Below are positions 36,301 to 49,550 of a stretch of DNA of 64,000 bases, in pieces (the stretch's first letter is position 1; every line of letters begins with the position of its first letter). Under the pieces are notes generated by a model. The model had not been told where the DNA came from and searched no databases. It worked only from the letters and a program-made list of their open reading frames with translations. The DNA comes from Camelus ferus (taxonomy: Eukaryota), in assembly GCF_009834535.1 (NCBI RefSeq), contig NC_045707.1, forward strand, positions 59,088,001 through 59,152,000, written 5' to 3'. The position numbers were made by a program, and so were the translations under genes.

Positions 36301-37579
36301 GCGGGTCATCACTGATGCTCCCTCTTGCTTATTACCTCATATTTAGCACCGAGTCATGTAATTCATAGCTCCTCACCCATCTCAATCCTTTCATTTCCCT
36401 CTAATCTCACTGTCCCCATTTTAGTTCAGGCTACCACCACTTTGTACTTAGATCACAACAAGCAACTCCTTTAACAGGTCTGCATCCTTCCCTTCCTCGT
36501 CTTCTCCCTGTTCTACAATGTAACAGAAGCTTGGGGAATGATTGTTATTGTTGCTATCATGTAAATATGCAGAAAAACTATTGTGGTTGTGACTGAAAAA
36601 CCACCCTAAGGCACTTCTGTCATCTGACTGGAGAACACGTGAGTATACACCAAATGGCCAGCTGTTGAGAGAAAGCCTTCTCGGCGCGTGTTAATGAAGC
36701 ACAGCACAACCTTCTCTGTCGCACAAGCGGAAAGGAGAAACACTTAGCTGGCTGGAAGACTGCTTCACACACCCACAATGTTGTCACCTCTCTGAGTTTA
36801 ATTAGAAACTTAAATCCTGAATAGCATGAAACAGATTAGATTTTCCCATCTTAAGATGTCCCAGTTGCCCCGTGTTTTCAGAAGAGCAGCAGAGAAGTTA
36901 GTTATGAGACGCATCCAGAGAGAGGGAACACCTACAGCTGGCTACACACAGGCAGCTGCTCCTGTCTGCGCCGAGGACACCCTTAAATGTCGCTGCTGGA
37001 ACCTGCCAACTCAGAAGACAGATGGGTAGTAGGCTGCTGGAAGGAGGACCTCCAATTACAAGGGGGACCTGCCCTTGACTGACCAGTGCACATCATGAGA
37101 GAAGTCACCCTGCTGAATCTGGTGTTGACAAATGAAGGAGTGTCTCCAGGAACCAGCTCTGATGTGAAGAGTATTAAATTTGATAAACTTAGAAAAAGAA
37201 GAGCAGGGCAAAGTCAAGATTCATGGTAACACAGATTCCTTTTCCTTCAGTTGCTCCTTAAAATTTCCATTCCTCAAGGACAGCTTTTGTGTACAAATTC
37301 CACAGATGAGCCTATTCAGAACCCACACCCAGACTCAAGTACACACATACATTCTCTTTCCCAACCCCCTGTGCTAAGCTTATACTGACTGTTTACTGAG
37401 TGCCCACGACACAAGAATCTCTATGCATTTGGTCATTTAACTCACCCAGCATTTGCTGAGTACCTACTATGTTCCAAGCACAGTTCCAAGTACCGAGGTA
37501 CAGAATTAAACGTCAAACCCACAGTCTCTACTCTCAAAGAGCAGATGATTCAATTGGAAAGACAGACCATAGATAATTA

Positions 37580-37790
37580 CATGTGTGATTACATTTAACC
37601 TTCAAAATAAAATTTAAGCTATTTTCAACCCATTTTACTAGTGATGAACATAACGTTTTAAGATACTAAGCAAATAATTTGCCTAAGGTCATGCAGCTGG
37701 TGTGTGGTGAGCAGGGCTTGAAACATATGTCACCTCAGTGCCACAGACTGCCATCCTAAATCCTGGGTTCTATTGCTGTCCCCACAACAA
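37580..37790 (-). mobile_element. MIR SINE (preceded by an L2 3' end at ~37435-37580)
   Basis: cccattttactagtgatgaac...taatttgcctaaggtcatgcagctggtgtgtggtgagcagggcttgaa. Confidence 0.7.
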
Positions 37791-37794
37791 ATGA

Positions 37795-38640
37795 GACCTA
37801 GACATCTCTCCTTGAGTGCCTCAAAGATACATCACATCCAGTACATGCCAGTCTAAACTCGCTGTACCTTTTCTTCAAACCTGCCCCCAACTTCTCTTTC
37901 AGAAAACAGCAAAATAGTCCATTTTGGCTTTCCAAGCCCTAAACCTGAGAAAAACCATTGGTCCTCCTTTCTTTCGCAACTCAACCATAAAATCACATAT
38001 CAAGTTCTATGGGTACGAACCTGCCTCATCTTCCATGTCCCCTTCTCCACATCAGGATTGCCATTCTTGTGTCTTAAACTCTCTCTCCTTCTCCCCACAG
38101 GGACTGTGATGGCGTCCTTGTGTCTGGGCCTAAAACAATCCTTGTCCTCCCTCCAATCATCTACTGTGAACGTCCCCAAACGCAAATTTGGTCATGTCAC
38201 GCTTCTGCGGGGTCCCCACTCCATAAAAAAGACCAGGCTTATTTTCAGAGTCCATCAACCTCTTTAAAAGCTGACATCTGCCTGCCTCCCTAGCTCAGCC
38301 CCTTCTGCGCTCTCTTTCTCTGTTTCAGTCTCTCTGCAGTGCTTCTAGTCCAAGTTCATTCTGCGCCTCCTACCTCTGTACACACACACTCAGGCCCCTC
38401 TGCACGGAGGCACTCTGCCCCAGCTTTCTCAAACCAGCACTAAACTTGTTCCTCGAAATTCAGGTTAAGAATCAGCTCCTTCAGGAAGCTTCCTTCTCAT
38501 CTCCATTCCAAATACTATAGCTCACCTCTTTGAGGTCTCATTTCACTATATATGCCATGAGTTCTTTAACACTGGCAATGTGCCTGTCTCCAAAGGACTT
38601 TCTTGAGGTCTGGCATCTGGCTTAATCAATGTGATTCTGA
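37795..38640 (+). mobile_element. L2 fragment
   Basis: ctagacatctctccttgagtgcctcaaag...tttggtcatgtcacgcttctgc...cagctccttcaggaagcttcc. Confidence 0.7.
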
Positions 38641-38654
38641 GTCTCGCAAAGGAA

Positions 38655-38890
38655 CAGAGTAGGATGCTGTTGAAAGGATATGGGACCTGGAGTCAGAAAA
38701 TCCATTTGTAAGTCCACACTCTTCCACTTAATAGCTGTATGACCTCAATCATCATTTAATCTCTTACCTTTAGTTTGCTCACCTGTTAAAAAGTAAATGA
38801 TAATGATAAGAAATAATTTGTAAATAAAAATGCAATGAAACTCAACAAATCAAAGTATTTTTAATCTATAAAATGCGATAAAAATATTAC
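38655..38890 (+). mobile_element. MIR SINE
   Basis: gggacctggagtcagaaaatcc...cttccacttaatagctgtatgacct...ttagtttgctcacctgttaaaa. Confidence 0.75.
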
Positions 38891-39793
38891 TAGCCCATGA
38901 CCCTGAGAAATCCTAGGAAACATACTGCATGGTTTGACATCTTTATATGATTCTTCCCCCTGCGTTGTCAAACCTAGCTTAGTACTGACCTGGTACAAAG
39001 TTTGAGTTTGATAAAAATACATATTTTTGAACTAACAGTGAGAAAAGTACGCTGTTTACTTTAAAATTTGGATAGATTTTTTTTTGGTGTAAAATTTCAC
39101 CAGAAAGGGAAAATTCACTGTAAGAAGCATGAACACGTAAAAAATTAAATTCAGCACATTAAAACTCTTAGAAAGTAAAAAGAATAAAAGAGACAGAAAT
39201 AATAAAGTTCATGAAGGTCTACTACAGTGTGATTCTGGTGGCTTTTTGGACGGGGTACAATGCAAAGTAAAAGCAAGCTGAATTTGAAGAACTTCTCAGA
39301 GCTCGCCCTAGGCAGAATGGAGTACACATTTTGTTTCATAATTTTGTCTACAAGTCTGTGGCCATTTTCACTACCTGCAAACCCTTTTTCTCATCTAGAG
39401 GTTACTGGAGTCTTGCTTCCAGGTATCTTCCTAGAACTGGCGTTTCTAAAGATTTCTCATTATCTCTGACTGTCCCCCTCTTACTCACTCAGCTATGCTT
39501 CTGTCTCTATGCTACTTTTAGCAAGTTGTGATACAAAATCTATTATATCTATCAACTCAAGCAAAAACATTTGTTAGAAACACAGAATATGCTAGATTTT
39601 AGGAAATCCAATATGGGTAAAATACATCCTTGTTTTGGGGACTAGCTCAACACTGTTTTAGGTAGTGCAGACTATTTACAATATATGGTCTGATAAATAC
39701 ATTACAGGACACAAAGCAAAACATTGTGAGAACACCAAGGAAAGGGCAGCTCACCATGCTGGAGAATTTGAGGAAGGCTCCATAGAGGAAGTG

Positions 39794-41033
39794 TTTTTTT
39801 TTAATTGCAGTATAGTTGATTTACAATATTATTGCTGATTTACAATATTATATTAGCTTAAGGTGTACAACATAGTAATTCAATATTTTTAGATTATACT
39901 CCATTTAAAGTCATTACAAAATAATGGCAATATATCCTTGTGCTATACAATATATCCTTGTTGATTGTTTATTTTATATGGAGTAGTTTGAATCTAAATT
40001 CCCTACTTCCTATTTTGTCCCACCCCGCTTCCCTCTCCCCACTGGTAACCACCAGTTTGTTCTCTACATCTGTGAGTCTGTTTCTGTTTTGTTATATTTA
40101 TTCATTTTATTTTTTAGACTCCACATATAAATGATAACATACTGTACTTGTCTTTGTCTGTTGGACTTATTTCACTAAGCAGTAATACCCTCTAATTCCA
40201 CTGATGTTGAGGCAAATGGCAGAATTTCACTCTTTTTATGGCTGAGTAATATTCCATTGTATATATACATATATATACACATATATACACACACACTATC
40301 TCTTTTTTATTCATTCATCTGTTGACGGACACTTAGGTAGCTTACATATCTTGGCTACTATAAATAATGCTGTGAATACTAGGGTGTGTTTCTTTTTGAA
40401 TTAGTTATTTCATTGTCTTGGGCTATATATATATCCAGGAAAGTTCTGGATCACATGGTAGTTCTATGTTTAGTTTTTTGAGGAATCTCCATACTGTCAA
40501 CCAAAGTGCCTGCACCAATTTGCATTCCCACCAACACTGTAGGAGGATTGTCTTTTCTCCATATCCTCTCGAACACCTGCTATTCGTGGACTTTTGAAGA
40601 CAGCTATTTTGATAGGTATGAGGTAATACCTCACTGTGGTTTTGAGTTGCATTTCTCTCATGATTAACAATACTGGGCATCTTTGATATGCCTGTTGACC
40701 ATCTTTGTGTCTTCTTTAGGAAAATGTCTTTTCAGGTCTTCTACCCATTTTTTTAATGGGGTTGTTTTTGATAGTGAGTTGTATGAGCTGTTCATATATT
40801 TTGGATATTAACTCCTTATCAATCATATCATTTATGTGCAAATATTTTCTCCCATTCTGTAAGCTGTCTTTTCCTTTTGTTAATGGTTTCCTATGCTGTG
40901 CAAACGCTTTTAAGTTTAAGTCTCATTTGTTTATTTTTGCTTTTGTTTCTTTTGCCTTAGGAGACAGATCCAAAAAATATTGCTACAATTTCCCCCTATG
41001 AGTGTAGTAGGTTCTCTTTTAGGAGTTCTATGC
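39794..41033 (-). mobile_element. 5'-truncated artiodactyl-type L1 inserted in an L2
   Basis: Poly(T), 3'UTR and ORF2 C-terminus (ORF 40423-40680 contains [21 protein letters not shown]). TSD agaggaagtg at 39784-39793 and 41034-41043. Confidence 0.93.
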
Positions 41034-43399
41034 AGAGGAAGTGATTTTAAGCTGGGTTTTGGAGGGGGAGTGCAAATTTGTCAGATAAAGTCTGTAGTAT
41101 GTAGGAAGGGAGAGAAATGTGCATTCTGGGCAAAAAGAATCACACTTCCAAAGGCCTAGAGACATGAAAGGGCACAACATATTTATAAGATAGTTGGAAA
41201 ATCAATATGTTTTAAATATTCTGAACCTAACTAAGGATGTCTCTAGTGGTAGAGTACTGGACTCCTTAAGAGAGTACAATGGGGAAGTTTTGGATTATGT
41301 ACGTAAGGATTATTTTTGGTTTAGGGAAATATGCAACATGGACAATGACCTAAACCTGTCCCCATCGTCATCTTCCTCCATCATCCCCCCACCTGCAGCC
41401 TGAAACATGCCTCCCCTGTCAATTTATTCTAGCATCACAGTCCATCTTATATTACAACTGGTTAACCTCATGTCTGTCTCTTCCATGTATACAATCTCAT
41501 CCACTCTGTCCTTTCTACTGTACTTAAGTTTACAAACATACATCAAACTAAACAAAGATGTGTCTCGTTTAATTAAACTCCAACAAACAATAAAAAATAT
41601 ATGCATGGCCATTTAACACGGCACTCGTGCTTTCTCCTGATTCACCTTTTCAATACCCAGTGAGGTGTGTTGGGTATTACCATCATTCTCATTGAATAGT
41701 TGAGTAAACTGACACAGGAAAATATTTATCTTGTTCCTTATAAAATAATCATCTTTAAACAATATTTATTTATGTTGTTTTTTTAATCTACATTCCTATG
41801 CAAATTTATCTGAAAATAAGGATGCTCTTTTCCAAATGTGTAAAATCACTTTGTATTTGTGAATGTGTGTTACATTTTACAATGAAAATCTTCAGTAGAT
41901 GCATTATACTAAATGATTCCTCCTAAGGAGGAAATAAAAGCAAAATTTTTGAAATGATGATCATACACTAAAATTTCCTCTGTGTTTGTTCTAGGAAATG
42001 TGAGCTATCTGTACCATGTAAGCAGTTCGGGTTGTGTCTGCAGACATACAGCAGAACAGAAGGTACCAAAATGTGCAATTTGCTGTGACCCGCTTACAAA
42101 GTTTTTTGGAGTCAGGGATGCAGGAATTTCAGGGCTAAGTCTCTCCTGAGAGTCATCTTAAAGCCACAGGTTCTCACTTCTTCTGTGATGTGTACTTCTA
42201 TGGCATTCTCTTTGCTGTGCAAGAAATGCATCAGTGTACTACAGTTTCATCAGTGAGAACCACCTACTTAATTTTTTTGATTATTTAGGGTTCAGATGAA
42301 TGTTTAGGTTACTACAGAAAAAAGATTAAAGGGCATATTAATACATTACATTTCTATCAATATCTTTCAAACTATGAGGGAAATCAAATTTTTAAATCCT
42401 AAGTGCAACACCTATATTAAATGTAGTAACTATATTAATTATAATTTATACTCATTTATTTGTTGAAGCAATTTATTTTACAGAATAAATGTACTTTTTT
42501 TCTATCAAGGTCATATTTTATAAAATTTTTTATTTATTGCCTTATAAATTTTTATTTAAAATATCCTATAATTCAATATTAGAGTTATTTCCTTAATTAT
42601 CTAGATAGATGAGACATAACTTTGCTTTTAGTAAAACTTGTGTCTGGTTTCATGGATTCATCACCATTATCCTCCTTAAAGTCTGGTACCATCTATCTCC
42701 TGTTTTAGTAATGACATGAAGCCCCTATTGGGCATACCAGTTAATTGTTTTATCCAACTTCTAAAACTACCTGGGGAACTTCTAAATTAGCCTTGTGTTT
42801 CTCTTAGGTCTGGACTCTTCCTAGGACTTTGTTGTCTACTATTGAGAAAAAGTAGAGTAAGTATAGACATTAAACTTGATGAGAATCTATGCAAATTTGG
42901 TCAAACAGAATTAAATGAAACAGCTAATTTGCTCCATGGTTTAGGAGCTACTCAAAAGTTAATCAAAATACTCCTACCCTCTAAGTTTTACAGTGTGAAA
43001 AACATTTATGCACAGGTAGATTAAAGAAACATTCAATCTTAACGTTGAAACAGAGCTTCGAGTCCTCCAATATAAAACAACAAGGAGTCTGTATGAGAGT
43101 CCTCCAATTGGTAATGAGCTCTTATTTAACTACTTTCTTTAACTACAGTTGGTGAAGGGGAACTCATTGCTTCCTCAGATGATCAATTCCTTTCAAAAAA
43201 CTCTAATTGTGAAAGTTTTTCTTTATGATCCAATCCAGCTTACCATAATTTTACAGACAAATAAAGTGATTTGATTCCTTTTCCACTATTAGTGAGTGAA
43301 GATACCTATTCTTCAAGCACAAAGGTACATAATTGATGACCTCAGTATCTGTTTATTGTGAATTTGTAATTTAATAGAGACTCCTTCCCTATGTCAAAT

Positions 43400-44185
43400 A
43401 TAATACACCTATTATAAACATAGTCCAGGGACCATAAACACATTGGTTTGCACTGAAGAAAAAAGTAAAAACCACATTTAAAATTTTAACATGGTTAGTA
43501 AATTAATACATTTAAAAGACACATCTCAGTTCAATGGAGTGGCAGTTATTTTATGAGTTGTTTGGAATATATAATTAGTAATCTAAAAAAGATTTAGTTT
43601 GGTTCTTTACATAGCATCATATACCAAATAAACTGACTCTTAACCAAGTAGTTAAATGTAAACACTAACCTTCAGCCAAACAAGAAAAAAACTGTTAAAT
43701 ATCTTCAGGGTAAGAAATTTCTTAATCTACAAGCAAGAGAAAAGAATCCCAAAGGAAAGCGTATACAGATTCAAATACATAAAAGGTGTAAATTATAGCA
43801 TTAAAAAAAAAAAAACCACTAGAATTTAAAGCTGAACAAAGTAGGAAAAATAGTGACAGTAAATATGATAGACCAAAGGTTAATCTATTATCTAAAAAAG
43901 CTCATAAAATCAATAGGAAAAAACTTTCTAAAAGCAGAAATACAAATAATTAGCAAATACTTGGGAAAATGTTCATTACTACAAGTAATCAAAATAACAA
44001 AAAAGTTGTCTATTAGCAATAATTAAACATTATAAAACTTAAGCTAGGCAGAGCCTTTACTGTACATTGGTGTAATTCTTTTGAATTTGTATTTGGCACT
44101 ATGTACAAAAACAATAAATACATGCATGTAGTGGCAAAATAAGTGTTTTGAAATTATCCTGAGGAAATACTCTAAATATGGAGCA
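43400..44185 (+). mobile_element. Ancient L1 ORF2 3' fragment
   Basis: catcatataccaaataaact...aaatttcttaatctacaagc...aaatgttcattactacaagtaatcaaa. Confidence 0.6.
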
Positions 44186-44568
44186 AAATGATACTCAATG
44201 GTGCTGATCATTTTGAGTCACCAAGCCATGCAGTCTGATTAATTCATGTATTAAAATTTATATGTATTATGTATTAAATGTATTATAATTAATACATAAT
44301 TATAATTATTTTAATTTATAATTAATACATATAATTAAAAATTATATGTGTTATGTATTAAAATTTATGACTCCATAAGGGTGGAGGCAAAGCATCCAAT
44401 TAGGATGGAAACTTTCTGGATAACCAGGTAATACAGGATAATGGTTTCAATGAGGGTAGTTGCACTGGGGATGGTGAGAAGTAGTCAAATGCTGGATATT
44501 TTGAAGATAGAGATGAACAGATAGATTGCAGGTATCCGAGAAAAAGAGCAGGGAGGATGACACCAAGG

Positions 44569-44570
<2 letters not shown>

Positions 44571-44612
<42 letters not shown>
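44571..44612. repeat. (GT)21 microsatellite
   Basis: Perfect dinucleotide run, read directly. Confidence 0.97.
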
Positions 44613-44615
<3 letters not shown>

Positions 44616-44634
44616 TATGAACAGAAAATTACTT

Positions 44635-45691
44635 AATAATATTCATGACTTTTAAAATAATGCTCTTAGCAAATTTGCATAAAAAGGACCCTTAACCTGA
44701 AAAACAGTATCCACCATAATTAGAGCAAACATCATTCTTAACACTGAAATATTTAGAGCTTTCCCTTTACATGAGGAATAGAAATTAGTTCTACCAGCAA
44801 CATTTTCATTCAGCATTTACCTGAGAGGTCCTCACTACATACTAGGGCAAAAAAGGATAAATAAATAGACTAAAGATTGAAAAGGAAAAACAAAACTTTC
44901 ATTTTTAGTGATGGTATTTGTATTTTGCAGTTGTCATCTGTATTATCAAAAGAATTTACAAGTAAAGTATTCAAATTAATAAAAGATTAGGTTGACAGGA
45001 AGAAAATAAAAAATATAAATGCCTATTGCTTTTCTATAAGCCATCAACAAGTAATTAAAATATAAACTTTTTAAAGATACTACTTGTAATCAGAAATACT
45101 AACGACTGGTGAATATGTCTACAAATATATGTAACACTTTGGTAAATAAAAATTTTAAATTTAATTGAGAGACATTAAAAAAAACTCTAAATAAATAGTT
45201 ATAACCATGTTCAGGACAGGAATACTCAATATTGGAAAAATGTCACTTCTCCCCATATTATTTTATGGATTCAATGCCATCCTAAATAAAATCCTTACTT
45301 TTTTGGTTCAAACTTGACAGGCTTGTTCTTTACTATATAAAGTAGTGAAAGACATTTATACAGCCAAGGTATTCACAAAAGAAAATATCTAATTGGGATG
45401 AATTGCACTAACATATATCAAGACTTCTTATAAAAATATAATAATCGGAACTGTGTCTTAATAATCCTGTGCTAGACAAAGACAAAAGGAACATGACAGG
45501 ACGCCAAGAAACTGACCCACACATACACAGACACACTACATGACAGAAATGTCACAGCAGATCAGACTTTTCTATAAATATCCCAGAAAATTATGCATAC
45601 ATATGGAAGAAGGATGAAATTAAACATTTACTTCACACTTCACATAAAAACCAGTTCTATGTGGATTAAAGACCCAAATATGAATAGCCCA
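44635..45691 (+). mobile_element. Ancient L1 (L1ME-like) ORF2 fragment, resuming briefly after 46729
   Basis: gcaaacatcattcttaacactgaaat...gctttccctt; atactcaatattggaaaaatgtc; ggattcaatgccatcct; gtggattaaagacccaaat. Confidence 0.8.
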
Positions 45692-46724
45692 TGAGAAGTG
45701 CAACAGTCATTAATTAAGAGTGGTACCCATACAAAAATGCATCTAAAGAAATTAGTCATCAGATTGTCTATCACCAATCAAGAACTCAACACATTTCTCA
45801 AATCCAAATAGAGAGAAATGAACAGGTCAGTCACACAAGCAATTGAGGAAGGTCTTTATACGGTTTTTAAAATGTGACCCTTAAGAACTTGTCCTGAGGA
45901 CAGACTTAGGGAGCTTATGCCCATATTTTTCCCATGGTAGGTTTCTTACAGATTGACAGTATAAACTGGAAAAAAACAGACAAAACAAATAGTAGCATTT
46001 GTAGTCACAAGATAAGTTTCCACCCAAGATAAGAGATTTCAAATCTGATCAGAAAACCAAAAGCCTCCCCTAAAAGATATTACTTTCTGATACAAACTAA
46101 ACTTAACATCTGGAACTCAAAGAAATCAGTGCTGAGATGCACTGTGAGACTAAATCCACAGAGTAAAAGGCGTAAGGGCCCTCTGTGAAGCACATGATTT
46201 CTGAGTCAAGCCTCTTGGACCATGACAAGGAGGAAGTCTTGAATTCATCTCAGTGGGACTCCTCCAAAGTTCCCCAAGTTTGCCAAACTCCCTAAAGCGT
46301 TGTCAGAAAACTTGTTAATGAAGAAAAGCTAAATTTACCAGTCACTGTAAGCAGTAAGGGAAAACATTACCCTAGCAATGTCTTAGCAGTGATTCAGAAG
46401 GTGGGGGTCAGAAGAGGGATATTTATAGGATCTGTGGTCTTGGCACAAGTAGTTAAAAATGACAATTTCCAGTCAGGAAACTGATTGGATTTTGCAAAGT
46501 CTGTGGCATCAAACTTCCAGATTAGTAAACATAGCAAAGTGATGATCTTGAATTGTCTTGAGCAGTTGCCTCATATTTTTTTGTCCAACTTTTCTTAAGC
46601 AGGCAGAAGTGTTACTCATTGGTTCACAGTGTTATCTTTCCTGGAACAAACAACTAAATCATATTGGTAACACTTAGTTCTTAGTCCTAGCAGCAGTGTT
46701 TGATGCAATTGGTTGCAGTTCTCA
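45692..46724 (-). mobile_element. ERV1 element: MER110-like LTR (~46313-46724) plus adjacent putative internal/leader sequence
   Basis: The reverse complement begins tgagaactgcaaccaattgc, carries a cctataaata TATA-like motif and ends ...aaca at ~46313. Candidate TSD gccca/tccca. Confidence 0.6.
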
Positions 46725-46810
46725 TCCCAAAACAGTAAAAAGAGTATAATATTGTTTATATAATGTTCAAAGTCAGCAAAATAATTATATAATTTAAGGG
46801 TTCATACATA

Positions 46811-47459
46811 TGACCAATAAGGAGTTAATATTAAACATATATAAACAGCTCATACAACTCAACACCAAAAAAAAAAAAAAACCCCAAACAACCCAAGTAA
46901 AAAATGGGCAGAAGAACTGAATAGACATTTTTCCCAAGAGGAAATGCAGATGGACCACAGGCACAAGAAAGGATGCACAGTATCACTAATCATCAGGGAA
47001 ATCCAATAAAAACCACAGTAAGATATCATGTCACACCTGTCAGAATGGCTATCATCAAAAAGAACACAAATAACAAATGTTGGTGAGGATGTGGAGAAAA
47101 GCGAACTCTCCTCAACTATTGGTGGGGATGTAGATTGCTTCATCCACTGTGGAAAACAGTATAAGCATTTCTCAAAAAAATAAAAACAAAAATAAAACTA
47201 CCATATGACCCAGCAATTCCATTTCTGGGTATATATATGAAAACAAAAAACAAAACATAAAAAAAATTTGAAAAGATACGTGCATCCTAATATCCAAAGC
47301 AGCATTATTTACTATTGCCAAGGTATGGAAGCAATTTAAATGTCCATCAACAGATGAATGGATAAATAACAAATATACATAAAAACACAGAGACACACAT
47401 ATACATACATATGTATACATGTACACACGTATATGTACATATACATATATATAATGGAA
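46811..47459 (+). mobile_element. Artiodactyl-type L1 ORF2 C-terminal fragment with no 3' end (half A)
   Basis: aaaatgggcagaagaactgaatagacatttttcc...cacctgtcagaatggctatcatc...tgtccatcaacagatgaatggataaa, stopping at ataatggaa. Confidence 0.9.
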
Positions 47460-47469
47460 CATGACCAAT

Positions 47470-47665
47470 TGAGTGAAAATAACCTCTAATTGTTAAGAGA
47501 TGTTGATAATTGGTAGCCTACATAGGTTTGAATAGATTAATCTTCCTGCCAGACATGTTTCCCCTTATATACCTGTATTACATAAAAGATGCGCTCTCCC
47601 CCTAGATAATATGAATCAGCTTGCTGAAAGACTCTCACTATACAAACACATTAGAAATGATGTGT
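47470..47665 (+). repeat. Left copy of a ~190-bp inverted duplication
   Basis: Reverse complement of 50745-50930, with ~16 substitutions and one ~11-bp indel by manual alignment. Confidence 0.95.
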
Positions 47666-47689
47666 TTAAGTCACAGTCTTCTGTCACCA

Positions 47690-48725
47690 GGATTTTTTAA
47701 ATAGTACCCTAACTGGTCTGTTTCTACATTCACTCCATTTCAGTCTATTCAGAACACAAACAACAATCTACTTATTTTATGTTAACATGAGGTCATGTCT
47801 TCCTCTGCTCAAAGCCCAGCTTCCCACTTTAATCAAGTTTAAAATAAATTTTTAAAATTACATATAATCACCACCTGATTTATAGCTGCACCTCTGTACA
47901 TACACACAGCATTCCCCGTGCTTCTTCTCTAATTCATTTTTCTTCAGGGTCTGCTCCTCCCCACAACCCTACCTCTCTGACCTCAACTCCTACAGCCACA
48001 CTGCCCTTTCCTGGACACCTCAGGCCCTTTCATACTTCATAAACTCTTGGAGTTTCATCTACTTGGACCTCTGATCTTGAATTTGCATATGGCTCTCTCC
48101 CTCACCTTCTTCAGTTTTTATTCAGATGATACCTTTTCAACCAGACCTTTTCTGACTACTTAATTCATAACTGCAACTCTCCCCAACCCACATTCCCAGC
48201 CCTTCTCATCCCTCCTCTTCTGATTATATTTTCTCCATAGACTATATTCCTATATCATACTGTATAATACACTACAATTTATTTATTTTATAAATTTCTA
48301 TTTAGACACACAGGCACGAAGAATGCAAGGATTTTCACTTTTGTTCACTGCCATTTCCTAAGAACATAGAAAACTTATTTACAAAACAGAAGCAGACTCA
48401 CAGACATAAAAAACAAACTTATGGTTACCGGGGAGAAGAGGGTGGGAAGGGATAAACTGGGAGTTCAAGATTTGCAGGCACTAACTAATATATATAAAAT
48501 AGATAAACAACAAGTTTATAGTGTATAGCACAGGGAACCATATTCATTATCTTATAGTAACTTATGGTGAAAAAGAATACGAAAACAAACGTGTATGTTC
48601 CTATATAACAGAAGTATTGTGCTGGACACCAGAAATTGATACAACACTGTAAACTGACTATACTTCAATAAAAATATATTTAAAATGTTTTTTGGATATA
48701 TGAATGCATGCATGAATGAATGAAT
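47690..48725 (+). mobile_element. L2 3' portion, interrupted by an L1 3' end
   Basis: ccctaactggtctg...ggtcatgtcttcctctgctcaaagc...cttttgttcactgccatttcct, with tail gaatgcatgcatgaatgaatgaat. Confidence 0.8.
48368..48680 (+). mobile_element. L1 3'UTR fragment (artiodactyl/camelid type)
   Basis: aacttatttacaaaacagaagcagactcacagac...gggagttcaagatttgcag...aacactgtaaactgactatacttcaataaaa. Confidence 0.88.
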
Positions 48726-49189
48726 ATATCTCATCTAACATCTACCACAGTATATATGATGTTTCAGTTTTACTTGAAACTATACACACACACACACACA
48801 TATGGCATAGACAAGACAATGCCCATCATATCCAGAATACGAAGTTACATTATTTGGCACCATGCGCATCTTTTGCTGTTTATTTCTGTGTTCTCTTATT
48901 CCAGAGTTCATAGTTCAACTGGGAGAAAATGGGAAAACATCACCTGTGCATGCCTGCCATTCAAGTTGAGCTCACATCTTCAGAACCCTCAAAATATCGC
49001 CCACATTTGTCCTAATGGCATCATTCATCTTGTGGCAGGGGTGAAAAGGGACTATCTGGCTTCTGTCAACTTTATTGATACTTTAAACATGCTATCCTCC
49101 TTAATAAATATACAACCTCCCGGAAACTGGCCAATTCAGTGACTGGTAAAGAATAAAACAAAGATCATCAGAGCTTTAAAAGTAGCTTG

Positions 49190-49550
49190 TGTCTTCATCT
49201 GTTTGGGCTGCCATGACAGAATTACATAAACTGGGTTATTTATACAGAACATATGTTTATTCCTCACAGTTTTGGAGGCTAGGAAGTCCAAGAGCAGTGT
49301 GCCAGCATAGTCAGGTGACAGCTCTCTCCTGGATGCAGACTGCTGACTTCCCTCTGTGTCCTCACATGGTGGAACCAGTGAGGGGGTCTCGACAGGGCTT
49401 TCTTTTATAAGAGCACTAATTCCATTCATCACGACTCTGCCCTCATGACCTAATCACCTCCCAAAGGCCCCACCTCCTGACCACCAATCACCTAAGAGGT
49501 TAGGGTTTCAGCATAGGAATTTGGGGGCAGTAAACATTCAGTCTGTTGCA
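49190..49550 (-). mobile_element. MaLR solo LTR (MLT1A-like)
   Basis: tgtcttcatctgtttgggctgccatgacaga...ttttggaggctaggaagtccaag...ccctcatgacctaatcacctcccaaaggccccacctc...aacattcagtctgttgca. Confidence 0.9.
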
